Origin: Thalia democratica
Lineage: Eukaryota
Length of the DNA: 64,000 nt
Direction of reading: 5' to 3'
NCBI GenBank assembly: GCA_965202585.1
Contig: OZ241834.1
Span: forward strand, 25,978,001-26,042,000
The position numbers and the translations under genes are program-made. A model generated the notes under the pieces. That model was not told the origin of the DNA, searched no databases, and saw nothing but the letters and a program-made list of their open reading frames with translations. This document shows, piece after piece, positions 10,291 to 25,100 of this stretch. Every line of letters begins with the position of its first letter. Within the stretch, counting starts at the first letter, position 1.

Positions 10291-12107
10291 AAGCGAAACC
10301 AAAACTTTTTTTAGCCTTCATTTTTTTACAGCTTATTATGTGATGGTACAAGTTCCATAATAGGCAAACAACAATGTAAAACTTTGAATCAAGCAAATAC
10401 TTTGTTTTATATGGTCTATAATTGAATAAGATAACAGTTACTTTGTTTCAAGTTTATATGTTATTGCTACAACAGCTATGTTCTTAACGACATCCGAGAA
10501 TAAAATGTAACTTATCCTAAGCTGTGTTTTTAACTACATTAACAGTAAGCTAGAGATAACTAGTTACGAATTTTGAAAAGCAAACATTTAGTCAATGAAA
10601 TCAATGGTACAGAACATTATGATTAATCTAGGTTGAGTAAACTAAGAAATCACTATTAGCAGTAAAGCAGTTAAAACACATGTTTAACTTGGTAAGCACT
10701 TCAATCGTAAACTTTAAAAGACAGTACTGTTGTTGTTTCAAAATATGTTTCAAGAAAGTAGTAAGTTGTTCTATGTTGTTTCGACTGACTTTAAAACTTT
10801 ATGAGAAGTGACAAAACAAAGTTTGAAAAAAAAACTTACTTGCATTATTTTCCAGTTAAAAAGTTTCAAAGATAGATTGAAAGGTTATGAGTGCTGATTG
10901 TAAACAAAGCTTTATTCAAACACTAAGTTTGTCAATCTTATTTCTAAACTTTTTCATTTAGATTTTCTTACTCGATTTTATTTTGTATATAATGCTGCTT
11001 AAAAAATAAACCAACCTCTTTTTTTACGTAAAATTTTTCATCCAAAAGGTATCAGCTTTTGTTTAAGTTCAAATTTAGTGCTAGTGTTCATAAGCTTTTT
11101 CGACTTATTTACTTCTTTGAATTTAATTAACTTTATTTTGTTTGGAAAATTTACAACCAAATCCATTTGTTCACTTTTATCAGCACACTTTATTCGGTTG
11201 AAATCTGCAAAGTTAAAGTTCTTAGTTTGATCAAGGTTTAAGTTTAACGAGCAAAATTGCATCAGTTATTTTTTAAACTGTATAACAGCTTCAATCAGTT
11301 GTTTGAAACACTAATTGAATGTTAAACTACTTATCTTTTAAACTAGTTTTTCATACACACTGAAAAATAAAGTTTGTGTTTAAATGTAGTTTACAACTTT
11401 AAACAAGTATCATCATAGTTACTGTACAGCACGTTTTTGAAAGGTTGTTTGGAAAACATTGTTGTAAGGTAAGTTACTAGTATGTGCAACAACAAAGCTA
11501 TCTAGTTGTCTGTTTAATAAAAGTTTTGAGTACATTGCTTATGAGTAATCATAAGCAGTAAAGCTAAAAAAAATGAACACTTTTATTCTTTTGGAATTAC
11601 TTTTTACACATTAGTTTAAACTGTAATTAACTTGAACATACTTGATAGAACTTACGATTAACAAAACTCCATGAAATCGATATAATGAAATTTTGTTTAA
11701 GGTAAAAAAAAACCTTGTGCTTTGTTAAAACTTTATTACTTTAGGTGAGCGGCAAAGGAAAACTCAGTCGGGAGTGTGTTAACATGTTTTGTTTCATTTA
11801 TGTTTTTCTTAATGTATTTAGAGGTGTGCTGTAAGATACAGGCTGTTATTTCTGGACTTTTCAAACTAATGCTTTAAAAAAATTACTTTTAGAACAAGTT
11901 AAATATGGTTTCTTTCTTACTGGAACTTTTTCAACATTCTTAATAAGACAACTAAGTTTTTATAAGCATATATGTCTTAAACAAACATGCTAATGCTTAT
12001 ATTAAGAAGTAAAAGGTACCTTGCAAAGCATAACTGCTCAACAGTCAATTCGTCACAGTCAGTAACTCTTGCAAGTATCGTTTTGGTCGCTTTAATATTC
12101 ATTCATC

Positions 12108-12662
12108 ATGTCTACCACAGCAGTAGCAGCAGTACCAGCGCCAGCCAGGTCTTCCAAGAGACCAAGCGCCAAGAAGGCAGAGCACCCTACTTACAGGGAA
12201 ATGATTAGCTCTGCCCTTGGAGCAATGAAGGAACGAAAAGGTACATCCCGCCAGAAGATACAAAAGTATATCGCGGACACCTACAAGCTTGACCTCACAG
12301 CTTCCAATTCTCACTTGAAGAGAGCACTTACCAGCGGCGTGACCAAAGGTGCTTTTCTCCAGACAACTGGAAAAGGCGCTTCTGGCTCGTTCAAGCTTGC
12401 TCCAATGCCAGCTGCTGGGCCCAAGAAGAGGACAAAGAAAGTAGCTAAAAAGCCAGCAGCAAAGAAGGCCCCAGCTAAAAAACCAAAAAAGAAGTGTGCT
12501 CCCAAGAAGGCTGCAAAAAAACCAGCAGCCAAAAAGCGACCTGCTAAAAAGTGCGCTCCTAAGAAGGCAGCATCTAAAAAAGCTGCAAGCAAGAAGAAGA
12601 AAGTAACCAAGAAGAAGCCGGCAGCCAAAAAAGCATCCAAGAAGAAGAGCTGTAAAAAATAA
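12108..12662 (+). CDS. H1: Histone H1, 184 aa (family B)
   Basis: As 4827 but with a 2-aa deletion, F>Y and A>P. Confidence 0.96.
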   Translation: MSTTAVAAVPAPARSSKRPSAKKAEHPTYREMISSALGAMKERKGTSRQKIQKYIADTYKLDLTASNSHLKRALTSGVTKGAFLQTTGKGASGSFKLAPMPAAGPKKRTKKVAKKPAAKKAPAKKPKKKCAPKKAAKKPAAKKRPAKKCAPKKAASKKAASKKKKVTKKKPAAKKASKKKSCKK

Positions 12663-12679
12663 GTTGTTCTTTTACCCAA

Positions 12680-12695
12680 GGTCCTTTTCAGGACC
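12680..12695 (+). terminator. Histone 3' stem-loop (H1)
   Basis: Repeat copy. Confidence 0.95.
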
Positions 12696-12762
12696 ACTCA
12701 AACAAAATATAACGTAACTCAAAATGCATAAAACAATGCTAAGTTGAAAATATGCAAATTAG

Positions 12763-13254
<492 letters not shown>

Positions 13255-13269
13255 GCGTTAGCTAAAACC

Positions 13270-13285
13270 GGTCCTTTTCAGGGCC
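13270..13285 (+). terminator. Histone 3' stem-loop (H3)
   Basis: Repeat copy. Confidence 0.95.
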
Positions 13286-13398
13286 ACCTTAAAACCTTGA
13301 CAGTGAGAAAAACTTAACCGAACGTAAGTTAAGAGACTTTTTTGAGTATGCAAATTAGTTAGTAGTTACCGTACGCGTCCGTAACAGCTTGTATATAA

Positions 13399-13746
<348 letters not shown>

Positions 13747-13763
13747 TCGCTTTTAGCAAACCC

Positions 13764-13779
13764 GGTCCTTTTTAGGACC
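13764..13779 (+). terminator. Histone 3' stem-loop (H4)
   Basis: Repeat copy. Confidence 0.95.
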
Positions 13780-13928
13780 ACCTAATTCAATATAAAAGTT
13801 TTACAACACTTTTGACAAGATTAAGCATTAGCTATGACATATGCAAATTAGTTTTTTGTTCGACGCGGTTAGGTATGAGTTGTATATTGAGCTGTGCAAG
13901 CTATCATCACAATCATTCGAACAACAAA

Positions 13929-14309
13929 ATGTCAGGACGTGGTAAAGGATCAAAACTCAAATCTAAGCCGAAGAGCAGGTCTTCCCGTGCAGGACTGCAG
14001 TTTCCAGTCGGTCGCGTGCACCGCCTGTTGCGCACCGGCAACTACAGCCAAAGAGTCGGAGCTGGTGCTCCAGTTTATCTGGCTGCCGTTCTCGAGTACT
14101 TGAGCGCAGAAGTGCTCGAGCTTGCCGGTAACGCTGCTCGTGACAACAAGAAAAGCAGGATCATTCCTCGCCATTTGCAACTAGCTATTCGCAACGACGA
14201 AGAGTTGAACAAACTTCTCGGAGGCGTCACAATTGCTCAAGGTGGTGTTCTTCCAAACATCCAGGCAGTACTATTGCCTAAGAAGACCGCTTCAAAAAAG
14301 TCAGCCTAA
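13929..14309 (+). CDS. H2A: Histone H2A
   Basis: MSGRGKGSK start; same protein as unit 1. Confidence 0.97.
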   Translation: MSGRGKGSKLKSKPKSRSSRAGLQFPVGRVHRLLRTGNYSQRVGAGAPVYLAAVLEYLSAEVLELAGNAARDNKKSRIIPRHLQLAIRNDEELNKLLGGVTIAQGGVLPNIQAVLLPKKTASKKSA

Positions 14310-14323
14310 GTTAAAAAAAACCA

Positions 14324-14339
14324 GGTCCTTTTCAGGACC
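14324..14339 (+). terminator. Histone 3' stem-loop (H2A)
   Basis: Repeat copy. Confidence 0.95.
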
Positions 14340-14472
14340 ACCAAAATATTTACAACAAACGAGAGAATTGTGAAGTGAGAGAAACCAGCTATCGTTCGCG
14401 TACGGAACTATGCTAATTTGCATAATTTTTCAGGATATAAACCGGCGCCGAGACAGAAGTCCACACATCATC

Positions 14473-14832
14473 ATGACAGCAACCAAAGGCGCGAAGAAGT
14501 CAGTAGCCAAGACCGCTCCGGTCGACGGCAAGAAGAAGCGAAGGAGGAGAAACAAAGAAAGCTTTGGCATCTACGTGTACAAAGTTTTGAAGCAAGTGCA
14601 CCCCGACACCGGAATTTCCAGCAAGGCAATGGGAATCATGAACTCATTTGTCAACGACATCTTCGAGCGCATTGCAGCAGAGGCTTCACGTTTGGCTCAT
14701 TACAACAAGAGGTCAACTGTTAGCAGCCGCGAAATTCAAACTGCTGTCAGGCTCTTGCTCCCCGGCGAGTTGTCAAAGCACGCAGTTTCAGAAGGAACTA
14801 AAGCTGTTACCAAATACACCAGCTCAAAATAA
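14473..14832 (+). CDS. H2B: Histone H2B
   Basis: MTATKG start; same protein as unit 1. Confidence 0.96.
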   Translation: MTATKGAKKSVAKTAPVDGKKKRRRRNKESFGIYVYKVLKQVHPDTGISSKAMGIMNSFVNDIFERIAAEASRLAHYNKRSTVSSREIQTAVRLLLPGELSKHAVSEGTKAVTKYTSSK

Positions 14833-14845
14833 ACGCTAAACAACC

Positions 14846-14861
14846 GGTCCTTTTTAGGACC
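14846..14861 (+). terminator. Histone 3' stem-loop (H2B)
   Basis: Repeat copy. Confidence 0.95.
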
Positions 14862-17800
14862 ACCATTTGAATAGAACCAGCTGTTCATGTTTACTTAAAG
14901 TACAAGAATATAAGCTTAGTACAAATAAATTCTTATTTGTGTAAATTAAAAACTCATATACTTGAATGAACACACTTTTTTTTTGTTTCAAATACTTTAT
15001 AAACTTGTAACTCGTTATATTGTAGAAAAAGCATTGCATTAGTCTAAAAACAGTAGTAGTGCTTGTAATCAAATGGTTTGTAAAAGATGTTTAACTAACT
15101 TGATTTTGTTGTCCGTAAGATTTTTCATCTGAATACTTTTTGTACAAAACACTTGTTTTTATTCATTTGCTGAAGTTCTGTTGAAACATTCAATAAATAA
15201 GTGCTTACAAAAAAGTATCATCTTTTTAAACAAAAATGTATATCACTTATAACATGCAAAAACTTAGTTGTAACTTTATTTTAAGTTGTTGTTGATTATT
15301 AGTAACACAACCGAGCTTTAACTTTTTAAACGAGTTCTTCTTATCAACTTAACTGCAATTGAAGCCATGTAACACGTTTTAAAAAGTTACGAATACATAA
15401 ATGAATACAAAAATGGTTGTTCAAAACAAAAAATTACAGATGTGTTTTCAAGTAAAACAACATATTCCTTCTTTCAAAGCTAACTTCTGTTTAGCATATT
15501 CAAGAAACATTTTCAATTCAAAACATAAACACACAAAACAAACCAGCTCATTGGTTGAAACTTGGTAAAACACAAAAAAGTAGCTGCTTGTACTTTTTTA
15601 AGTAATTTATTATTCTAGTTTTCAAAGTAAAAGGTACTTGTTTTAACTAGATATGAGACAACTTACTGACCTTTAACAACTCTAGTAGTTTGTTGAAAGT
15701 TATGTTTCTACATATCTAAAGTAATCAGGACCACCAGTTGATTTAAGCAGCTACTAATGTCGAGTAAACAGTGTCAAACAAGCTTAAACTAAGCGACAAA
15801 AAATGTACAAATTTATATCTACATTGTGCGTGTTGGTAAAAAGTAACAGTTAGTGTATTTCAATAACTTCTAAATAAACTTTCTAAAACTGAATTTCTCT
15901 GTTTTTATTTCTACTAGTTAGTTACACTTACTTCAGTTTTTGTAGTTCTACTTGACATTTTAAACTACTTTTGATAATGTAGAATAAGTTTTTCTGCTTC
16001 ACTAGTATTTAAATGTTAGGTAAAAATGTTTTTTAATGGGAATTTTCTTGTTTAACTTATTGTTTAAACAAAACTTATTCTAGTTCATTTTACTTTGTAA
16101 ACTTGTTTTTCAAACACTCAATACATATTTGTTGTTAGTTTAATAAAAAAATCAATCTGTCACTAACTAAAAATTTATGCTTAAATAAGACATTATATTA
16201 AATGAGAAGAAAAATTTACTTTGCGTTGATACTAAAAATGCTCAATGATATTTGTTTAAGGTCTGATTGTCAAATAAGTATTAGTTTTATTTATCAGAAT
16301 GCAAATGAAACAATAAAAAACTGTTTAAAAGTTGAACAGTCAAACTAATGTAGACAACAGTGATTGTTTAAAACAAACATACAATTGAAATAATCTTTCT
16401 GCTTACAAAGCTCATACTTGTTTTGTTGAACTCATTTTTTCTGTGGCTATGACAAATTACAAAATGATTCCACGGTAAAAAAGAACAGCTTGTTACAATT
16501 TTTTGTAACTCTTTTTTAAACTATGTATGAGACAACTCAAAACGACGATACTTGTTTGTTTTAAGCTATGTACTTTTTAAATCTAAAGATTAGGTGGATC
16601 ACCAATTAATTACACAAGCTACTAATGACTACTAAACTCAACAACACAAATAAACATACTTAATCAACTTTGTGGTGATAAAGAATCAAAAACATATTTC
16701 CTTCCAAATTATAAAGCCCATTATTTATTAAATACCTAGCTTGCCAAATTTCTCTACTATACTTTTTTTATGCAACTGTTAAGAAGGGAACTCTAGCTAG
16801 ATAACTGCTCTAATCCTTACTTTATTGCTTACTATTATCGAATGCTTAGTGAAAAGCTTTAACTAACTTGAGTGTCTTTTTCGTGGCTTTTTTCCTTTTA
16901 ACTTTCTTTTCCAAATAAAACTTATTCTCATTAACTTTGTGGACATTTTTTAATTCAATATTTCATTTGTTTTTTAGTTTATTAAAAAAATACTGTGCCT
17001 ACGTCACTGTAAAAACTATTTGTATTTTTCAATGAAAATAGTACGCTTAAACAGAAATAAAAATAAAACTTTGACTTATTAACTGAAAACGTTTTAAACT
17101 GTTAATAACAAACAATGTTTAGTGTCCTTAAAAAATGCTGTTCAATTACAATTAAACTACAACTGAAACATGCTTAACAATTCAAAACTGGTGTAACACA
17201 TAAATGTAAACAACATCGATTGTTCAAAAGAAAGAGAACACTATTAACAAGTACACAATTTACAAAACAAAATACCTTAATAAAATGATGAACTTGTATA
17301 AACAAATCTTTTATTTTACAAAGCTTACATCTACTTACTTGATTTAAGCTTTCTAATCTTGTCAAGCATATGAAATAAACCAATTGATTAGCTAAAACAT
17401 GGTACAAAGAAAAGAAGTAAAAAACTTGTTACCACTTGTTTGTTACCCTTATGTACGCTATACATAAGTAAACTGAAATTACTGTAACTTGTTGCTTTAA
17501 GCTGTGTAGTTTTTATAAATCTAAAGAAGAAGAAAAAACTGGACAAAGCGAAACCAAAACTTTTTTTAGCCTTCATTTTTTTACAGCTTATTATGTGATG
17601 GTACAAGTTCCATAATAGGCAAACAACAATGTAAAACTTTGAATCAAGCAAATACTTTGTTTTATATGGTCTATAATTGAATAAGATAACAGTTACTTTG
17701 TTTCAAGTTTATATGTTATTGCTACAACAGCTATGTTCTTAACGACATCCGAGAATAAAATGTAACTTATCCTAAGCTGTGTTTTTAACTACATTAACAG

Positions 17801-19362
17801 TAAGCTAGAGATAACTAGTTACGAATTTTGAAAAGCAAACATTTAGTCAATGAAATCAATGGTACAGAACATTATGATTAATCTAGGTTGAGTAAACTAA
17901 GAAATCACTATTAGCAGTAAAGCAGTTAAAACACATGTTTAACTTGGTAAGCACTTCAATCGTAAACTTTAAAAGACAGTACTCTTGTTGTTTCAAAATA
18001 TGTTTCAAGAAAGTAGTAAGTTGTTCTATGTTGTTTCGACTGACTTTAAAACTTTATGAGAAGTGACAAAACAAAGTTTGAAAAAAAAACTTACTTGCAT
18101 TATTTTCCAGTTAAAAAGTTTCAAAGATAGATTGAAAGGTTATGAGTGCTGATTGTAAACAAAGCTTTATTCAAACACTAAGTTTGTCAATCTTATTTCT
18201 AAACTTTTTCATTTAGATTTTCTTACTCGATTTTATTTTGTATATAATGCTGCTTAAAAAATAAACCAACCTCTTTTTTTACGTAAAATTTTTCATCCAA
18301 AAGGTATCAGCTTTTGTTTAAGTTCAAATTTAGTGCTAGTGTTCATAAGCTTTTTCGACTTATTTACTTCTTTGAATTTAATTAACTTTATTTTGTTTGG
18401 AAAATTTACAACCAAATCCATTTGTTCACTTTTATCAGCACACTTTATTCGGTTGAAATCTGCAAAGTTAAAGTTCTTAGTTTGATCAAGGTTTAAGTTT
18501 AACGAGCAAAATTGCATCAGTTATTTTTTAAACTGTATAACAGCTTCAATCAGTTGTTTGAAACACTAATTGAATGTTAAACTACTTATCTTTTAAACTA
18601 GTTTTTCATACACACTGAAAAATAAAGTTTGTGTTTAAATGTAGTTTACAACTTTAAACAAGTATCATCATAGTTACTGTACAGCACGTTTTTGAAAGGT
18701 TGTTTGGAAAACATTGTTGTAAGGTAAGTTACTAGTATGTGCAACAACAAAGCTATCTAGTTGTCTGTTTAATAAAAGTTTTGAGTACATTGCTTATGAG
18801 TAATCATAAGCAGTAAAGCTAAAAAAAATGAACACTTTTATTCTTTTGGAATTACTTTTTACACATTAGTTTAAACTGTAATTAACTTGAACATACTTGA
18901 TAGAACTTACGATTAACAAAACTCCATGAAATCGATATAATGAAATTTTGTTTAAGGTAAAAAAAAACCTTGTGCTTTGTTAAAACTTTATTACTTTAGG
19001 TGAGCGGCAAAGGAAAACTCAGTCGGGAGTGTGTTAACATGTTTTGTTTCATTTATGTTTTTCTTAATGTATTTAGAGGTGTGCTGTAAGATACAGGCTG
19101 TTATTTCTGGACTTTTCAAACTAATGCTTTAAAAAAATTACTTTTAGAACAAGTTAAATATGGTTTCTTTCTTACTGGAACTTTTTCAACATTCTTAATA
19201 AGACAACTAAGTTTTTATAAGCATATATGTCTTAAACAAACATGCTAATGCTTATATTAAGAAGTAAAAGGTACCTTGCAAAGCATAACTGCTCAACAGT
19301 CAATTCGTCACAGTCAGTAACTCTTGCAAGTATCGTTTTGGTCGCTTTAATATTCATTCATC

Positions 19363-19917
19363 ATGTCTACCACAGCAGTAGCAGCAGTACCAGCGCCAGC
19401 CAGGTCTTCCAAGAGACCAAGCGCCAAGAAGGCAGAGCACCCTACTTACAGGGAAATGATTAGCTCTGCCCTTGGAGCAATGAAGGAACGAAAAGGTACA
19501 TCCCGCCAGAAGATACAAAAGTATATCGCGGACACCTACAAGCTTGACCTCACAGCTTCCAATTCTCACTTGAAGAGAGCACTTACCAGCGGCGTGACCA
19601 AAGGTGCTTTTCTCCAGACAACTGGAAAAGGCGCTTCTGGCTCGTTCAAGCTTGCTCCAATGCCAGCTGCTGGGCCCAAGAAGAGGACAAAGAAAGTAGC
19701 TAAAAAGCCAGCAGCAAAGAAGGCCCCAGCTAAAAAACCAAAAAAGAAGTGTGCTCCCAAGAAGGCTGCAAAAAAACCAGCAGCCAAAAAGCGACCTGCT
19801 AAAAAGTGCGCTCCTAAGAAGGCAGCATCTAAAAAAGCTGCAAGCAAGAAGAAGAAAGTAACCAAGAAGAAGCCGGCAGCCAAAAAAGCATCCAAGAAGA
19901 AGAGCTGTAAAAAATAA
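19363..19917 (+). CDS. H1: Histone H1, 184 aa
   Basis: Repeat copy. Confidence 0.96.
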   Translation: MSTTAVAAVPAPARSSKRPSAKKAEHPTYREMISSALGAMKERKGTSRQKIQKYIADTYKLDLTASNSHLKRALTSGVTKGAFLQTTGKGASGSFKLAPMPAAGPKKRTKKVAKKPAAKKAPAKKPKKKCAPKKAAKKPAAKKRPAKKCAPKKAASKKAASKKKKVTKKKPAAKKASKKKSCKK

Positions 19918-19934
19918 GTTGTTCTTTTACCCAA

Positions 19935-19950
19935 GGTCCTTTTCAGGACC
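19935..19950 (+). terminator. Histone 3' stem-loop (H1)
   Basis: Repeat copy. Confidence 0.95.
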
Positions 19951-20017
19951 ACTCAAACAAAATATAACGTAACTCAAAATGCATAAAACAATGCTAAGTT
20001 GAAAATATGCAAATTAG

Positions 20018-20509
<492 letters not shown>

Positions 20510-20524
20510 GCGTTAGCTAAAACC

Positions 20525-20540
20525 GGTCCTTTTCAGGGCC
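20525..20540 (+). terminator. Histone 3' stem-loop (H3)
   Basis: Repeat copy. Confidence 0.95.
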
Positions 20541-20653
20541 ACCTTAAAACCTTGACAGTGAGAAAAACTTAACCGAACGTAAGTTAAGAGACTTTTTTGA
20601 GTATGCAAATTAGTTAGTAGTTACCGTACGCGTCCGTAACAGCTTGTATATAA

Positions 20654-21001
<348 letters not shown>

Positions 21002-21018
21002 TCGCTTTTAGCAAACCC

Positions 21019-21034
21019 GGTCCTTTTTAGGACC
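21019..21034 (+). terminator. Histone 3' stem-loop (H4)
   Basis: Repeat copy. Confidence 0.95.
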
Positions 21035-21183
21035 ACCTAATTCAATATAAAAGTTTTACAACACTTTTGACAAGATTAAGCATTAGCTATGACATATGCA
21101 AATTAGTTTTTTGTTCGACGCGGTTAGGTATGAGTTGTATATTGAGCTGTGCAAGCTATCATCACAATCATTCGAACAACAAA

Positions 21184-21564
21184 ATGTCAGGACGTGGTAA
21201 AGGATCAAAACTCAAATCTAAGCCGAAGAGCAGGTCTTCCCGTGCAGGACTGCAGTTTCCAGTCGGTCGCGTGCACCGCCTGTTGCGCACCGGCAACTAC
21301 AGCCAAAGAGTCGGAGCTGGTGCTCCAGTTTATCTGGCTGCCGTTCTCGAGTACTTGAGCGCAGAAGTGCTCGAGCTTGCCGGTAACGCTGCTCGTGACA
21401 ACAAGAAAAGCAGGATCATTCCTCGCCATTTGCAACTAGCTATTCGCAACGACGAAGAGTTGAACAAACTTCTCGGAGGCGTCACAATTGCTCAAGGTGG
21501 TGTTCTTCCAAACATCCAGGCAGTACTATTGCCTAAGAAGACCGCTTCAAAAAAGTCAGCCTAA
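21184..21564 (+). CDS. H2A: Histone H2A
   Basis: Repeat copy. Confidence 0.97.
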   Translation: MSGRGKGSKLKSKPKSRSSRAGLQFPVGRVHRLLRTGNYSQRVGAGAPVYLAAVLEYLSAEVLELAGNAARDNKKSRIIPRHLQLAIRNDEELNKLLGGVTIAQGGVLPNIQAVLLPKKTASKKSA

Positions 21565-21578
21565 GTTAAAAAAAACCA

Positions 21579-21594
21579 GGTCCTTTTCAGGACC
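21579..21594 (+). terminator. Histone 3' stem-loop (H2A)
   Basis: Repeat copy. Confidence 0.95.
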
Positions 21595-21727
21595 ACCAAA
21601 ATATTTACAACAAACGAGAGAATTGTGAAGTGAGAGAAACCAGCTATCGTTCGCGTACGGAACTATGCTAATTTGCATAATTTTTCAGGATATAAACCGG
21701 CGCCGAGACAGAAGTCCACACATCATC

Positions 21728-22087
21728 ATGACAGCAACCAAAGGCGCGAAGAAGTCAGTAGCCAAGACCGCTCCGGTCGACGGCAAGAAGAAGCGAAGGA
21801 GGAGAAACAAAGAAAGCTTTGGCATCTACGTGTACAAAGTTTTGAAGCAAGTGCACCCCGACACCGGAATTTCCAGCAAGGCAATGGGAATCATGAACTC
21901 ATTTGTCAACGACATCTTCGAGCGCATTGCAGCAGAGGCTTCACGTTTGGCTCATTACAACAAGAGGTCAACTGTTAGCAGCCGCGAAATTCAAACTGCT
22001 GTCAGGCTCTTGCTCCCCGGCGAGTTGTCAAAGCACGCAGTTTCAGAAGGAACTAAAGCTGTTACCAAATACACCAGCTCAAAATAA
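21728..22087 (+). CDS. H2B: Histone H2B
   Basis: Repeat copy. Confidence 0.96.
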   Translation: MTATKGAKKSVAKTAPVDGKKKRRRRNKESFGIYVYKVLKQVHPDTGISSKAMGIMNSFVNDIFERIAAEASRLAHYNKRSTVSSREIQTAVRLLLPGELSKHAVSEGTKAVTKYTSSK

Positions 22088-22100
22088 ACGCTAAACAACC

Positions 22101-22116
22101 GGTCCTTTTTAGGACC
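22101..22116 (+). terminator. Histone 3' stem-loop (H2B)
   Basis: Repeat copy. Confidence 0.95.
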
Positions 22117-25100
22117 ACCATTTGAATAGAACCAGCTGTTCATGTTTACTTAAAGTACAAGAATATAAGCTTAGTACAAATAAATTCTTATTTGTGTAAA
22201 TTAAAAACTCATATACTTGAATGAACACACTTTTTTTTTGTTTCAAATACTTTATAAACTTGTAACTCGTTATATTGTAGAAAAAGCATTGCATTAGTCT
22301 AAAAACAGTAGTAGTGCTTGTAATCAAATGGTTTGTAAAAGATGTTTAACTAACTTGATTTTGTTGTCCGTAAGATTTTTCATCTGAATACTTTTTGTAC
22401 AAAACACTTGTTTTTATTCATTTGCTGAAGTTCTGTTGAAACATTCAATAAATAAGTGCTTACAAAAAAGTATCATCTTTTTAAACAAAAATGTATATCA
22501 CTTATAACATGCAAAAACTTAGTTGTAACTTTATTTTAAGTTGTTGTTGATTATTAGTAACACAACCGAGCTTTAACTTTTTAAACGAGTTCTTCTTATC
22601 AACTTAACTGCAATTGAAGCCATGTAACACGTTTTAAAAAGTTACGAATACATAAATGAATACAAAAATGGTTGTTCAAAACAAAAAATTACAGATGTGT
22701 TTTCAAGTAAAACAACATATTCCTTCTTTCAAAGCTAACTTCTGTTTAGCATATTCAAGAAACATTTTCAATTCAAAACATAAACACACAAAACAAACCA
22801 GCTCATTGGTTGAAACTTGGTAAAACACAAAAAAGTAGCTGCTTGTACTTTTTTAAGTAATTTATTATTCTAGTTTTCAAAGTAAAAGGTACTTGTTTTA
22901 ACTAGATATGAGACAACTTACTGACCTTTAACAACTCTAGTAGTTTGTTGAAAGTTATGTTTCTACATATCTAAAGTAATCAGGACCACCAGTTGATTTA
23001 AGCAGCTACTAATGTCGAGTAAACAGTGTCAAACAAGCTTAAACTAAGCGACAAAAAATGTACAAATTTATATCTACATTGTGCGTGTTGGTAAAAAGTA
23101 ACAGTTAGTGTATTTCAATAACTTCTAAATAAACTTTCTAAAACTGAATTTCTCTGTTTTTATTTCTACTAGTTAGTTACACTTACTTCAGTTTTTGTAG
23201 TTCTACTTGACATTTTAAACTACTTTTGATAATGTAGAATAAGTTTTTCTGCTTCACTAGTATTTAAATGTTAGGTAAAAATGTTTTTTAATGGGAATTT
23301 TCTTGTTTAACTTATTGTTTAAACAAAACTTATTCTAGTTCATTTTACTTTGTAAACTTGTTTTTCAAACACTCAATACATATTTGTTGTTAGTTTAATA
23401 AAAAAATCAATCTGTCACTAACTAAAAATTTATGCTTAAATAAGACATTATATTAAATGAGAAGAAAAATTTACTTTGCGTTGATACTAAAAATGCTCAA
23501 TGATATTTGTTTAAGGTCTGATTGTCAAATAAGTATTAGTTTTATTTATCAGAATGCAAATGAAACAATAAAAAACTGTTTAAAAGTTGAACAGTCAAAC
23601 TAATGTAGACAACAGTGATTGTTTAAAACAAACATACAATTGAAATAATCTTTCTGCTTACAAAGCTCATACTTGTTTTGTTGAACTCATTTTTTCTGTG
23701 GCTATGACAAATTACAAAATGATTCCACGGTAAAAAAGAACAGCTTGTTACAATTTTTTGTAACTCTTTTTTAAACTATGTATGAGACAACTCAAAACGA
23801 CGATACTTGTTTGTTTTAAGCTATGTACTTTTTAAATCTAAAGATTAGGTGGATCACCAATTAATTACACAAGCTACTAATGACTACTAAACTCAACAAC
23901 ACAAATAAACATACTTAATCAACTTTGTGGTGATAAAGAATCAAAAACATATTTCCTTCCAAATTATAAAGCCCATTATTTATTAAATACCTAGCTTGCC
24001 AAATTTCTCTACTATACTTTTTTTATGCAACTGTTAAGAAGGGAACTCTAGCTAGATAACTGCTCTAATCCTTACTTTATTGCTTACTATTATCGAATGC
24101 TTAGTGAAAAGCTTTAACTAACTTGAGTGTCTTTTTCGTGGCTTTTTTCCTTTTAACTTTCTTTTCCAAATAAAACTTATTCTCATTAACTTTGTGGACA
24201 TTTTTTAATTCAATATTTCATTTGTTTTTTAGTTTATTAAAAAAATACTGTGCCTACGTCACTGTAAAAACTATTTGTATTTTTCAATGAAAATAGTACG
24301 CTTAAACAGAAATAAAAATAAAACTTTGACTTATTAACTGAAAACGTTTTAAACTGTTAATAACAAACAATGTTTAGTGTCCTTAAAAAATGCTGTTCAA
24401 TTACAATTAAACTACAACTGAAACATGCTTAACAATTCAAAACTGGTGTAACACATAAATGTAAACAACATCGATTGTTCAAAAGAAAGAGAACACTATT
24501 AACAAGTACACAATTTACAAAACAAAATACCTTAATAAAATGATGAACTTGTATAAACAAATCTTTTATTTTACAAAGCTTACATCTACTTACTTGATTT
24601 AAGCTTTCTAATCTTGTCAAGCATATGAAATAAACCAATTGATTAGCTAAAACATGGTACAAAGAAAAGAAGTAAAAAACTTGTTACCACTTGTTTGTTA
24701 CCCTTATGTACGCTATACATAAGTAAACTGAAATTACTGTAACTTGTTGCTTTAAGCTGTGTAGTTTTTATAAATCTAAAGAAGAAGAAAAAACTGGACA
24801 AAGCGAAACCAAAACTTTTTTTAGCCTTCATTTTTTTACAGCTTATTATGTGATGGTACAAGTTCCATAATAGGCAAACAACAATGTAAAACTTTGAATC
24901 AAGCAAATACTTTGTTTTATATGGTCTATAATTGAATAAGATAACAGTTACTTTGTTTCAAGTTTATATGTTATTGCTACAACAGCTATGTTCTTAACGA
25001 CATCCGAGAATAAAATGTAACTTATCCTAAGCTGTGTTTTTAACTACATTAACAGTAAGCTAGAGATAACTAGTTACGAATTTTGAAAAGCAAACATTTA